A stretch of DNA of 62,857 bases, filler included, from Klebsormidium nitens (taxonomy: Eukaryota > Plantae > Klebsormidiophyceae): the NCBI GenBank assembly GCA_000708835.1. It is 11 parts of 11 records of this genome, joined end to end, with 100 filler letters (N's around TTAATTAATTAA, not from the genome) between each part and the next. Parts side by side here need not be neighbours in the genome. Positions count along the whole stretch, not along the records: positions 1 to 1,511 come from DF238424.1; positions 1,612 to 3,979 come from DF238705.1; positions 4,080 to 7,504 come from DF238439.1; positions 7,605 to 9,906 come from DF238717.1; 7 more parts are not named here. One strand, written 5' to 3'. The notes under the pieces are model-generated. The model was not told the DNA's origin. It did not search any database and was given only the letters and a program-made list of their open reading frames with translations. Position 1 is the first letter of the stretch; each line of letters opens with the position of its first letter. Below, piece after piece: positions 1 to 10,006 of this stretch. The position numbers and the translations under genes were made by a program.

Positions 1-381
1 GTATTTATTGCATAGTGTGCCCTTATTTTTGTATTTGTCCTCCAGCAAGGGGATGAGGCGGTCGATGTCGTTGCGGATCCACTCGACGTTGGGCGGCATA
101 ACCGTTCCCCTGTTTAGCAGCTTATAAATATAAGTTAGGCTCGCCATGTATTGAATGCATGTCGTTGATGCCCTTGCGATGCCGTCATTTAGCAGGTTAT
201 GACAGAAAGTTTCGCCGCATACGACTCTCTTCACGTCATCATCGGTTGCTGGGGCTGACTGTTCAGATGCCATGGAGATGATACTCTCTCGTAAGAAAGT
301 ATTCTGAGAATAATCCGAAGCAAGTGCCCTGGGGGGGGGAGCACGATTCCGTGGGTCTCTTTCCCAAGGGGTTCTGGGCAT
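1..381 (-). CDS. Hypothetical protein fragment running off the window edge
   Basis: Manual minus-strand translation is open from about 438 to base 1 (MPRTPWERDPRN...VEWIRNDIDRLIPLLEDKYKNKGTLCNKY); absent from the ORF track because it has no stop. No family recognised. Confidence 0.35.
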   Translation of the reverse strand, partial: MPRTPWERDPRNRAPPPRALASDYSQNTFLRESIISMASEQSAPATDDDVKRVVCGETFCHNLLNDGIARASTTCIQYMASLTYIYKLLNRGTVMPPNVEWIRNDIDRLIPLLEDKYKNKGTLCNKY

Positions 382-636
382 CTTTTTGGAGGCCTTCGGA
401 CACTTATAAATCAATGAATTTATCAAAGCGCTTTGGGTTCAAAATATCAGTAATTCTATTTACAGTAAATAAACATTGGACTATTCTAAAAGCCAAGGGA
501 GGCCGTTCGCATTCAATAGTGCATTCTGCTTGACAAGTCAACGTGAGACGGGGCATGCTTTTAGTTATCCACAGACAGACTCCGAAAACGCATCAGGGGG
601 AGCCGCTCACACGCCGACCCCTGGTGCATTTATTTC

Positions 637-1179
637 GTGACATGGAGTATGGAGGATCAACCGCTCAGATACAATAGGAATCGACGATCCTTTCGGGTCG
701 TGAAGGTTCTGGACAAAAAGTGTTTAGATCAATCTAACAGGCTGCAGGAATCACGGCTCGAGATCGACGCAGTGAAGGGGCGAGTCGTTCAAGCAGGCTG
801 CAGGGCCGGTAGTGCTTTATATCGGCAGCTCAAGGTATCTGCCCCAAGGTCAGCAGTCCTTCCATTTACCGCCTTTGTATTGCTCACAGAGACGACAAGG
901 GGAAGCAAACGCAAGGAGTACGCATACCAGGTATCTCTACATGCGTTGCCAGAGAATATGAGGCCTCATGATATGCGCTTTGAGGGGTCCTATAGGACGA
1001 GCGCTACGAAGCTCTCAATCGAAGCCTTCGAGGCTTTGACTCCACAATCGAACCGAAGAAAATCGAAAGCGATGACGACTCCTAAAGCGCTTTACAAGCC
1101 GTCAAAAAAGGGCTCCGGGCGACGGCACCAAGCGCCCCCCATCACGGACGATTATGATTCGTCGTCATCGGGCTATTAG
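637..1179 (+). CDS. Hypothetical protein (180 aa ORF, Lys/Arg-rich C-terminus)
   Basis: ORF track only; no recognisable motif. Confidence 0.25.
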   Translation: MTWSMEDQPLRYNRNRRSFRVVKVLDKKCLDQSNRLQESRLEIDAVKGRVVQAGCRAGSALYRQLKVSAPRSAVLPFTAFVLLTETTRGSKRKEYAYQVSLHALPENMRPHDMRFEGSYRTSATKLSIEAFEALTPQSNRRKSKAMTTPKALYKPSKKGSGRRHQAPPITDDYDSSSSGY

Positions 1180-1511
1180 AATCGGTCGAACATCGTTCGG
1201 ACTTACGAACGGGGGACGGGGCATGGGTGCTAACCCATAACATCAATTCTGCTTACATAGATAGGCCTGCTTGCATTTAGCAGGGTTTGCTAGCACCTCG
1301 AGCATGGGGACTGTCCCGCGGTCTCCATCAAAAATAAAGCACGCTCCGCCATCCGCCGCCGCATGCTTCTGTGTGCTGGGAGTCGCTCTAGCATCCGATG
1401 GTTGGGCGGATTTCTTCAAAATACCTCTCCACTCGACGGAGAGATGATGGGGATCGTGGCATCTATGTACTTTCACTCCGGCTTTCTCAAGGCCAAATCG
1501 AATGACCTTAA

Positions 1512-1611
1512 NNNNNNNNNNNNNNNNNNNNNNNNNNNNNNNNNNNNNNNNNNNNTTAATTAATTAANNNNNNNNNNNNNNNNNNNNNNNNNNNNNNNNN
1601 NNNNNNNNNNN
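1512..1611. other. Artificial 100-bp contig-joining spacer (first of ten)
   Basis: N-run + TTAATTAATTAA (stops in all six frames) + N-run, 100 bp each time. Others at 3980-4079, 7505-7604, 9907-10006, 15068-15167, 22002-22101, 26647-26746, 30017-30116, 32984-33083, 51696-51795. Confidence 0.97.
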
Positions 1612-2378
1612 GCGACACCGCGGAGCTTCTGGGCGAGGCCGAGCGGGGATTGCTCAGGGAGAATGTGGGGGAGACGGGGCCGGCGCTGGACGACTTCACT
1701 TCGGATGGGGAGGACCTGTGCTGGTACCCCTTTTGGGAGAAGAAGCGGCCGCTGCCTTTTTACGCGGAGTTCGAGACGGACAGCGGAAAGTCCAACACGG
1801 CCGAGGCTCGGTGTGCGGGGCACGAATCCGCGAAGCCGAGCAAGCTGCCTCACACCCGCGGACTCTACGCGTGGTGCTGCCCACATCGAATACTCTACGG
1901 CATCCACATCATGCTGCGGGGAGAGAGCCCGAGGGATCCGTTCACGGTGCTGTACACCCGCTTCAACCGGGAGGAGCTGCCGCGAGTGCTCATCAACGAC
2001 TGTTCCTGCTCCGATCAGAACTACTGCTTCAGGAGGGAGCCCACGTTCTTTTCGAACGTACGGTTCGTCATCGACAAGTTCCATTACGGCAAGGCCGAGG
2101 GAGAGATCCATCTCTGCGGCCCCACGAACAACAGTCATTACTACGGTCTGCTGACCCACGTGAACACGAGCGCTTGCGAGAGCGTGAACAGCTTCCTCAA
2201 CCGCTTCACCACGATCGGGTGGTTCTCGACGCTCGAGAACCTGATGATTCTTCTGCCCTTACTGATAACCGCTTACAACGCGGATTTGAGTAGAGTAGAT
2301 AACCACACAATTAGGACAGCATGTAGACGTAGCATATGGACTTCCGACATTAGAGACTTGCTATTTCTGCAATTCTAA
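1612..2378 (+). CDS. KDZ (Kyakuja-Dileera-Zisupton)-type transposase, C-terminal catalytic part, 5'-truncated by contig start
   Basis: Frame is open from the contig start. Motifs in KDZ order: TRGLYAWCCPHRILYG, RGESPRDPF, INDCSC, VIDKFHY, HLC, NTSACESVNS. Confidence 0.8.
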
Positions 2379-3041
2379 TTGAAAGGATTCTATTGCTACA
2401 AATCTTGTGAATACATTTACACATGAATAATAACATGATGACGTACAACTATCCCAGTCACTGACGGCAAAGGGGAGATATATGTGGTATGGAGAAGTTT
2501 GGAAGTGGTAGTCGGGGTGTGACCTAAGGTTTACGTAGTTTTGGTCGAAACCGGACGATGTCCCATCAGCCATTCGATGAACCTTGCATTGACCGACCAG
2601 TTGAATTGTTCGGGAGGCGTCGATTTCTCGAAACGAATCTGTGTGAAAAGATCGTGCATGGACCGCGTTTTCAATATGCTGAGACAACAGACTAATCTCA
2701 CAAGCCGGTTCGAACTTCAATAATACCTCTTACACCAGTGAAGAGGTCGAAACACTTTTAAGATCATATCAAGGTTCCTGGAGTTGCTCGGATAATCAAT
2801 TATGCCTCGGTTGTCTGAACGCGTGCTCGTCCTTATCTGCCACGTGGCAGGGAGCTCTTTGTAGATTAAGGGGGCACAACCCCAGCCTCCAGACGACAGT
2901 TCGGCCCACCCGGGTAGTGCCACGTCAAATCGATAGCCATTTAAGAGGGGCGACTCGAACCCTGTCACTAGGCCCTAGAAACCGAAGACTTCCGGAGGGT
3001 ACTTAAGGCTAATCAGCCTTAAGTACTAGATTGTTATTTTC

Positions 3042-3977
3042 ATGCAAGTCATTCGCAACAACTGGGGCACCGAATATTCCGGCAGTAGGGTCAGATTCGC
3101 CGTAAACCCCAGGATTCGGCACCTCATGTTTCGCCGCGGCATGCGACTTGCGGACTGGTTACGTAACCGAGACGCAACCCCAAGTACGAACACATGGCCT
3201 TCATCTGCCAGACCGAGGGTCCCGTCCAGATTCATGAAGATACTCATAGCTATACAACCGCTAAGGAAAGAGGGGGAGCAACAGTCGCCGCCTTCAAACG
3301 CAATGGGTTGGGACGGAGAGGTCCCCAGGATCGAGGTCAGTGCTGCTGCCATTGCGATTGCAGGCGGCTTTGACAGACTCTGCAACGACATATTCATTCC
3401 TCTGGTAGCCCCTTATGGGGGAGGGCTGCTAAAATTCACATACTGTGTGCTTGAAAAACCAAACCCTACCACACAGCTCGATTTGCAAGCCCAAAAAATA
3501 ACTTTTAGCGAGGAGTACAGCCAGCTCAGGTTCCTGCAGAAGGGCAAGGTGCGGCAAGAGTCGCTCAAGCACTATCAAGAGCAACACGACACTGGGCTGG
3601 ATAGTGCTGAGTCGCTTGCTGAAGCAGTAGAGGACGGCTTGAAATTTTACCAGAAAATTGGAGAGCAAGGGGGGGATTATGGATTACCACAGGCAACGTG
3701 GTATGCATCTGATTCAGAGGGCAAAACTGCGGGAATGGGCAAAAAGGGGAGCAAGAGTGTAGGACATCTCTTTGTTGACAATCTCAGGTACCTTTTTCAG
3801 TTTGCCTACGTCATGATTGGCATCACGGTGGGGATGTTCTACGTCGGCTACAGGAATACCATTGCCGCGTTTCATACTGAGGATGTCCAGCTCGAGAGCC
3901 TAAACTACCTCTTTGAAGGGGACGCTAAGCAGTGGCTCATCCTTAATGGACTATGGTCTGCTACAGTCTTGGTGTGA
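3042..3977 (+). CDS. JmjN + JmjC domain protein, KDM4/KDM5-like histone demethylase family (3' part missing at contig end)
   Basis: JmjN-like VPRIEV...IFIPLVAPYGGGLLKF; JmjC core WYASDSEG...GITVGMFYVGYRNTIAAFHTEDVQLESLNYLFEGDAKQW, matching the KDM4 pattern GVNTPYLYFG...[22 protein letters not shown] with the HxE iron ligands intact. The third His ligand is not in the contig. Confidence 0.85.
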   Translation: MQVIRNNWGTEYSGSRVRFAVNPRIRHLMFRRGMRLADWLRNRDATPSTNTWPSSARPRVPSRFMKILIAIQPLRKEGEQQSPPSNAMGWDGEVPRIEVSAAAIAIAGGFDRLCNDIFIPLVAPYGGGLLKFTYCVLEKPNPTTQLDLQAQKITFSEEYSQLRFLQKGKVRQESLKHYQEQHDTGLDSAESLAEAVEDGLKFYQKIGEQGGDYGLPQATWYASDSEGKTAGMGKKGSKSVGHLFVDNLRYLFQFAYVMIGITVGMFYVGYRNTIAAFHTEDVQLESLNYLFEGDAKQWLILNGLWSATVLV

Positions 3978-4927
3978 CGNNNNNNNNNNNNNNNNNNNNN
4001 NNNNNNNNNNNNNNNNNNNNNNNTTAATTAATTAANNNNNNNNNNNNNNNNNNNNNNNNNNNNNNNNNNNNNNNNNNNNGGTGGTAAAGTGCAGTCCCGA
4101 GAAAGCTTTGTTGCAACCCTCACAGATCAGCGCCTCGCTTGGCGAACTATCCTTTGAAAGAGACATTTTGAGTTGGCCATCTAGGATGCCGCGCTGAGTT
4201 TCCGCTCGCTCCAAAGAAGAGCAACATATTGGATCCCAAGCGCAGGGGTCCTGTCACGCCGTCCTTGCACCAGAAGTGAATGGAAGATAAGGTGCTCTAT
4301 GAAGGGAAGGCGAGTCGCCAATGCACCGCTAGAAGGCTGCTACCTATAGCTGATCAGCTGGGTAGGCACGTTCTGAAATTGCCAAGCTGCTTTTCAAACT
4401 TTCAATATTTGTTGCCAGTCACTGAATCACTGAGTCACTGAGTCACTGAGTGAGTTCCATGTTGGCGCCGGCCGGCCGATCCGGCGCGATAGGCCGGTAC
4501 CTAACCTTTCAAACATTCCTGCCGGACGGCCTAGATTGCATGGTCAGGTTCGTCAGTGCTAAAATCCACGGTGAATCACGCTTTGACATCCTTGATATTC
4601 GGCGGTTCCTCTGTACCGTCGATTCAAACCATCACCAAAGATGAACGGTTGCGATGTCGACCGCGCAAGAAATACGAATTCAAACTTCGGAGTTTCGCTC
4701 GTTTCGTACCGTCGAAGCGATTAGGTTGCGTTAAAGGGGTGCTTGAGAGCCTGCACTTGCACGACGAGGACATACACTCTCTCCAGGACACGTAGGTAGT
4801 GCAGGCTGTAGACTTGAGACAAGGTCCCGTGACTGGGTAGCCTTCAAGTTCAAGCAGGGATAAACTAGGTACATCTGACACCACTATCCTACAGTCTACA
4901 GTAGAACGCCTGCTTTTAGAAGACAGT

Positions 4928-5701
4928 GTGCTCCACCTTCCAACGTTCTTGCCGCGCTTGAGTCACCCTGCACAACAGCCATCAGGGGCACTAAGCATGG
5001 TAGGCGGCAGAGTCGGCAATTTTGGGGGGCAGGGCGGCCGGATACTGAGGGCGGAAGAAGAACGTGCAGCAAAAGCGGAAGCAATGAGTGCACAAAAGCT
5101 GAAGAGGAGCTTGGGGAGACTGGACTTTGAGGATCAGGACGAGCCCCCAGAGCAGATTCGGAAGAAGAAGGCCAAAGGGTCAAAGGAGGGCGGAAAAGGA
5201 GGCAAACCAAAGGGATCCACCCATGGCCAAGGCAACTCCAGTGTGAGGGTTGAGTTTGGCGGTCGGGAAAACCCAGGGGACCTCAGGCCTCAGGACAGGG
5301 AGTCAATGCTGCCGGGAGACGACCCAGTTCAAGACGGAGTCTTGGTGAACAGCTACTTTAGGACGGGGTCAGGGCAAGAAGTGGACGAGAACAAGGTCAA
5401 AGGCAACGGGAAAGCGGGAGCGGTGGGAGCTTCCGATTCAGAGTCTTCCGAAGAGGAAAAATCCACATTGAATTGGCAGCGCAGGAAGGCTCTAGACGAG
5501 CAGCAGGCTAGACGGGGGTCTGGGGACTTCATGGGGAATCTGAAGACCCTTGGGATGGGTAGAGAGCCTCTGAGAGAGGCGTCACTCCACCGTTCAGCTT
5601 CCGAAGTGGTCGCCAAGAGCAAGTCTCTGGGGGGCCGTGGCAGCGGTGCAGGGAGTGGCGGCATTATGCAAGTGGTGGTACGGAACTCCGGTGAGTTGTG
5701 A
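4928..5701 (+). CDS. Low-complexity charged/Gly-rich hypothetical exon
   Basis: 257 aa ORF ending at a likely donor (ctccg|gtgagt near 5690); no family recognised. Confidence 0.4.
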   Translation: MLHLPTFLPRLSHPAQQPSGALSMVGGRVGNFGGQGGRILRAEEERAAKAEAMSAQKLKRSLGRLDFEDQDEPPEQIRKKKAKGSKEGGKGGKPKGSTHGQGNSSVRVEFGGRENPGDLRPQDRESMLPGDDPVQDGVLVNSYFRTGSGQEVDENKVKGNGKAGAVGASDSESSEEEKSTLNWQRRKALDEQQARRGSGDFMGNLKTLGMGREPLREASLHRSASEVVAKSKSLGGRGSGAGSGGIMQVVVRNSGEL

Positions 5702-5714
5702 AGAGTTTTGAGGT

Positions 5715-7504
5715 TGGGAGAGTGTGTGTTTGAAGTTCCGCGCCCAGAATCCAATCAGAGCCGCTTTGGAAGGACTAACTGAGTCTATGCGCCATGCGTG
5801 TCTTTGCAAGGGACAAGTCATATTCATGCGCACATTGTCCAATAAATAATGCGTAAAGGAGCTTACCGGAACTTGTGCCCCAAAAATGTGGATTGGCAAC
5901 TAGGTACAAGTATCACGTTGATGATTCTCAGTGAGATGAAATGGAACCGAACATGCCTTCTCAATCCACTTTGCATTGTGCTGACGCTACTGTGACGCTG
6001 GCACTGTGGTGGAGGACGGCGAGCTCACAGTGAATAACGTGAGCGATGCCTTCAAGCGACGAGCGAAAGGAGACGAAATTGTAAGGGAACCTTCAACTTG
6101 GAATCTTTGTAGCTGGCCTTTCAGAAGATATGCTCTTTGTATGCCTTGCATGAATTGAAAGGTGGTCAAACATCGGTTTCATGCTACATACTTATGGTCC
6201 GCCTAGTTGGTAGTTTGAGTTTGTGTTGCAAGCTTGGAACAACTCCAAAGCATCCCATGACACTAGTCTTGTACATTTACCAGAGCGTGGAAAGGGCCAT
6301 GGCTGTGGCTTGCATGATGGGGAAGTGCACCGGCGCCGAGATGTACCCATCGAAGGAAGACCTGATGTACTGGCGAGCAGTGGTCATGGGCATGGAGCGG
6401 GACGACCCCGAGGCGGGTGAAAAGCACGACCTCATGACCGTTTTCAAGACCCGGAGCAACTACAACTACTGCGCCACGGAGCACTTGAAGGCATGCTCCT
6501 CCAAGAGGGGGGAGCTCTCCGGAGCGAAGGGGATCCGGGGCGTGTTCGAGACCAGAACTAGCTTCAATCTGGCGAGGGCCAATGGCATTGCGGCCTTGGA
6601 NNNNNNNNNNNNNNNNNNNNCTGGGAGAGTGTGTGTTTGAAGTTTCGCGCCCAAAATCCAATCAGAGCCGCTTTGGAAGGAATAACTGAGTCCGAGCGCC
6701 ATGCCTGTCTTTGCAAGGGACAAGTCCTATTCATGCGCACATTGTCCAATAAATAATGCGTAAAGGAGCTTACCGGAACTTGTGCCCCAAAAATGTGGAT
6801 TGGCAATTAGGTACAAGTATCACGTTGATGATTCTCAGTGAGAAATGGAACCGAACATGCCTTCTCAATCCACTTTGCATTGTGCTGACGCTACTGTGAC
6901 GCTGGCACTGTGGTAGAGGACGGCGAGCTCACAGTGAATAACGTGAGCGATGCCTTCAAGCGACGAGCGAAAGGAGACGAAATTGTAAGGGAACCTTAAA
7001 CTTGGAATCTTTGTAGCTGGCCTTTCAGAAGATATGCTCTTTGTATGCCTTGCTTGAATTGAAAGGTGGTCAAACATCGGTTTCATGCTACATACTTATG
7101 GTCCGCCTGGTTGGTAGTTTGAGTTTGTGTTGCAAGCTTGGAACAACTCCAAAGCATCCCATGACACTTGTCTTGTACATCTACCAGAGCATGGAAAGGG
7201 CCATGGATGTGGCTTGCATGAGGGGGGAGTGCACCGGCGCCGAGATGTACCCATCGAAGGAAGACCTGATGTACTGGCGAGCAGTGGTCATGGGCATGGA
7301 GCGGGACGACTCCGAGGCGGGTGAAAAGCACGACCTCATGACCGTTTTCAAGACCCGGAGCAACTACAACTACTGCGCCACGGAGCACTTGAAGGCATGC
7401 TCCTCCAAGACGGGGGAGCTGTCCGGAGCGAAGGGGATCCGGGGCGTGTTCGAGACCAGGACAAGCTTCAATCTGGCGAGGGCCAATGGCATTGCGGCCT
7501 TGAC
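5715..7504 (+). repeat. About 0.9-kb near-identical tandem duplication separated by a 20-N gap, each copy with a GC3-rich hypothetical exon (about 6280-6600 and 7185-7504)
   Basis: 5715-6600 and 6622-7504 align throughout with scattered substitutions; translations 6137-6640 and 7041-7556 are nearly identical. Confidence 0.85.
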
Positions 7505-7604
7505 NNNNNNNNNNNNNNNNNNNNNNNNNNNNNNNNNNNNNNNNNNNNTTAATTAATTAANNNNNNNNNNNNNNNNNNNNNNNNNNNNNNNNNNNNNNNN
7601 NNNN

Positions 7605-9727
7605 CCGTTTGGGATCAGCTGCCGCATCAGAGTCTTGAAGTCATTTACGACCATAGGGCGTTGTGTGCTACCCATATAATCTTCATATGCCTCCTTCAGA
7701 GGCCTCACGTGGCACCGCTTGCTCGGCTGCAAGATGCACCGGTCCTTGATGAAATTTCCAAAGTGGTCGTTGTCATTTGAATAGCTCTCGAGCGCCTTGG
7801 CCATGGCCAGAGGCAACTCTTCGACCGTCGGTAGAGCCCCCCGCTCGTACCACTTCATGCTGCCTCGCACCAGCCAAGCTAGCATCTGCTTCCTCCACTC
7901 GGGGGTCTTGATCTTGTCCATAAGATCTGTGTCCCTCAATCTCTGGTGGGTTCCAGGCATCGGCTTCTCAACAAACTCGTGCTCAAATGGAAATATCCGC
8001 AGCTTGTTAAGGGTGCCCGTGTCCCTTGCGTTGAACTTTGGCAATGAATTGGTAGATATGATCGGCAAACACCTCATGGTGACCTCGACGGGATCCTTAT
8101 GTAGCCCTCTTACCGTCATTTTTCCATCACCGGACGCGATTGCCTTCACTGATGCTCCATTGTATACATCAGAGTCCTCCGTCTCTTCGAGGACAGCGAT
8201 ATGCGCTCCATCAAGCATAAGGAGGTGCGGCGTGGCAGCCCCTTCCGAATGCTGACCTGCGCCTATGACGCAGTCGCGGGCCATCGAAACGCAGTAGGGT
8301 CCGGTACACTCTCGGACCATGGTGACGAGTTTTGTCTTTGCGCTGTTCGTTGGGCCATGCATGACGCTGAATTGCTTTTCCTTGCTGTGGCCTGTGATGC
8401 CGTATCCGAGCGTCATTTGCATAACGGGGACTATGTCCTCGGACAGCACCTCAGCCATGAATTGGTCGATGAGCGGCGATGGATAACTTGCACCCTCATA
8501 AAGGGTACAAATCTCCATCGAGAGCATGTTGCTCGGATGGTGAGCATACAGCTCTCCCGTTCGAAGGTCGATAGAGCCGCTTGTGGTGTTGAGGTAGTCG
8601 CGATTGGCATTCAGCGAGCTTGCAAAATCCCGCACATGCAAGTTCACTTTCAGAGGGATGAGACACCTATGAGCGATGGGGACAGACTCGACCCCCACCC
8701 CCCGCCACACCGGCTCGGGTATCTTCTTCATCTCCATGATGAAGTCTGCGATGATAGCCTTCTCCGCCTTTTCGATGCTCTTCAAAATGTCCTTGTTGGT
8801 CTCGTCCGCACTTGGCGAGGCCCGGGATTGCAGCTCATCCAGAGCATTGTCTCTGCAAGTTGTCAGCTGTTTGGACTTCTCGTCAAATGCCCGATCCAGT
8901 AGATCGCACCAGTAGGTTTTGATCCGCCCCATGTGGTACATGAACGAAGTCTTCAACAGGGCTGCCTCCGTATCAGAGGGAACCCAGCTTGTTCCATCCC
9001 ACGTCCAGAATCTCCCCGAGTCGTACACAACCCGTCTGTCGTGCTCGAACAATTTGCTGAATATCAAAGCACTTCCAAAATCACTCTTGCTCACAGTGGA
9101 CAGCAAGAAGGGATCTGAAAACCTTGCGGCCAGCTCCTTTGAGCTCGACGGCTGATTGTCCTTGGGTCCAAAAGGACCACCCCCAGCTTGCTCAAGAGCA
9201 GCGGATATCGTCAAACGCCCCAGCAGCTTTGGCTTGCTGTCGGAGCAACCGGACCCGAAGCAATTGTAGTAGAGCTCCTGGAAGTCACCAGAACATCCTT
9301 GAATTACTGTGAAGTTATTAGACCCTCTGTGAGATTTTCCCAGGTAGCACTGGCGCGGGCCAGTGACCCCGAACTGAAACGATCTGTTGCCGTCCGGTAG
9401 GATTGTTAAGCCGCTGTAGAAAGAAGAGCAATCCTTTGCCCTCTCTCTCACAAGCTGCTTCACTTCCATGTGTGCCAAGCCCGGAGCCGCCTTGGCTGCA
9501 GGCCCGCCAGCCTCTGCGTTGTCGACGGTCTCCAGCACGTTCTCTTGAGGATCGACTTCCTTTTCGTGAGACACTTGGTCCTTTGCATGCCTTGAGACTC
9601 CTCCCGAACCGCGCCCCCGGTTGATCAAGCTCACGATCCACGGGGGCATTGTAACGGCACGACTGCGCACCGACTCCTGGCTGCGCGCTGAACTCTCGGC
9701 CGCGCATCGTCCGTTGTTATACGACAC
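7605..9727 (-). CDS. D5/P4-family SF3 helicase with upstream UL52/PrimPol-type zinc finger and D5_N domain (virus/mobile-element type), intronless, 3'-truncated
   Basis: Zn finger CYLGKSHRGSNN...YYNCFGSGC; D5_N SDFGSA...FWTWDGTSW; LNTTSGSIDLRTGEL; Walker A GPTNSAKT; Walker B IAVLEE; motif C IISTNSLP; IFPFEHEF. Confidence 0.88.
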
Positions 9728-9822
9728 CGAATTACGGTACGCGTGACCGTCCGATAAGACCCACGTGCACCGCGTACGAGGGAACCGTCCGGTAAGCTTT
9801 CGAGACTAAGCTTATGGCCGGC

Positions 9823-9889
9823 CGAGCACCGAAGCTTCTAGGCTAACACTTCGCGCTGGCGAGCACCGAAGCTTCTAGACTAACACTTC
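9823..9889. repeat. Two 30-bp direct repeats (37-bp period) upstream of the D5-like gene
   Basis: CGAGCACCGAAGCTTCTAG(G/A)CTAACACTTC at 9823 and 9860. Confidence 0.85.
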
Positions 9890-10006
9890 TTGCCGTGGAC
9901 TCAGATNNNNNNNNNNNNNNNNNNNNNNNNNNNNNNNNNNNNNNNNNNNNTTAATTAATTAANNNNNNNNNNNNNNNNNNNNNNNNNNNNNNNNNNNNNN
10001 NNNNNN

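Noticed and set aside
150-230. VVCGETFCHNLLNDG (minus strand) as the missing C-terminal His motif of a JmjC domain
   Set aside because: Only a loose resemblance, on a different contig, and the flanking residues do not fit.
1363-1511. Ulp1-like protease fragment
   Set aside because: Only a vague W-L...D..M pattern in 49 residues at a contig end; no catalytic residues visible.
1556-1567. Recurrent TTAATTAATTAA palindrome as a biological repeat or target site
   Set aside because: Always centred in a 100-bp N spacer and gives stops in all six frames; it is an assembly linker.
5715-7504. Real tandem gene duplication
   Set aside because: Same 20-N-gap signature (6601-6620); cannot be distinguished from collapsed alleles or paralogues without reads.
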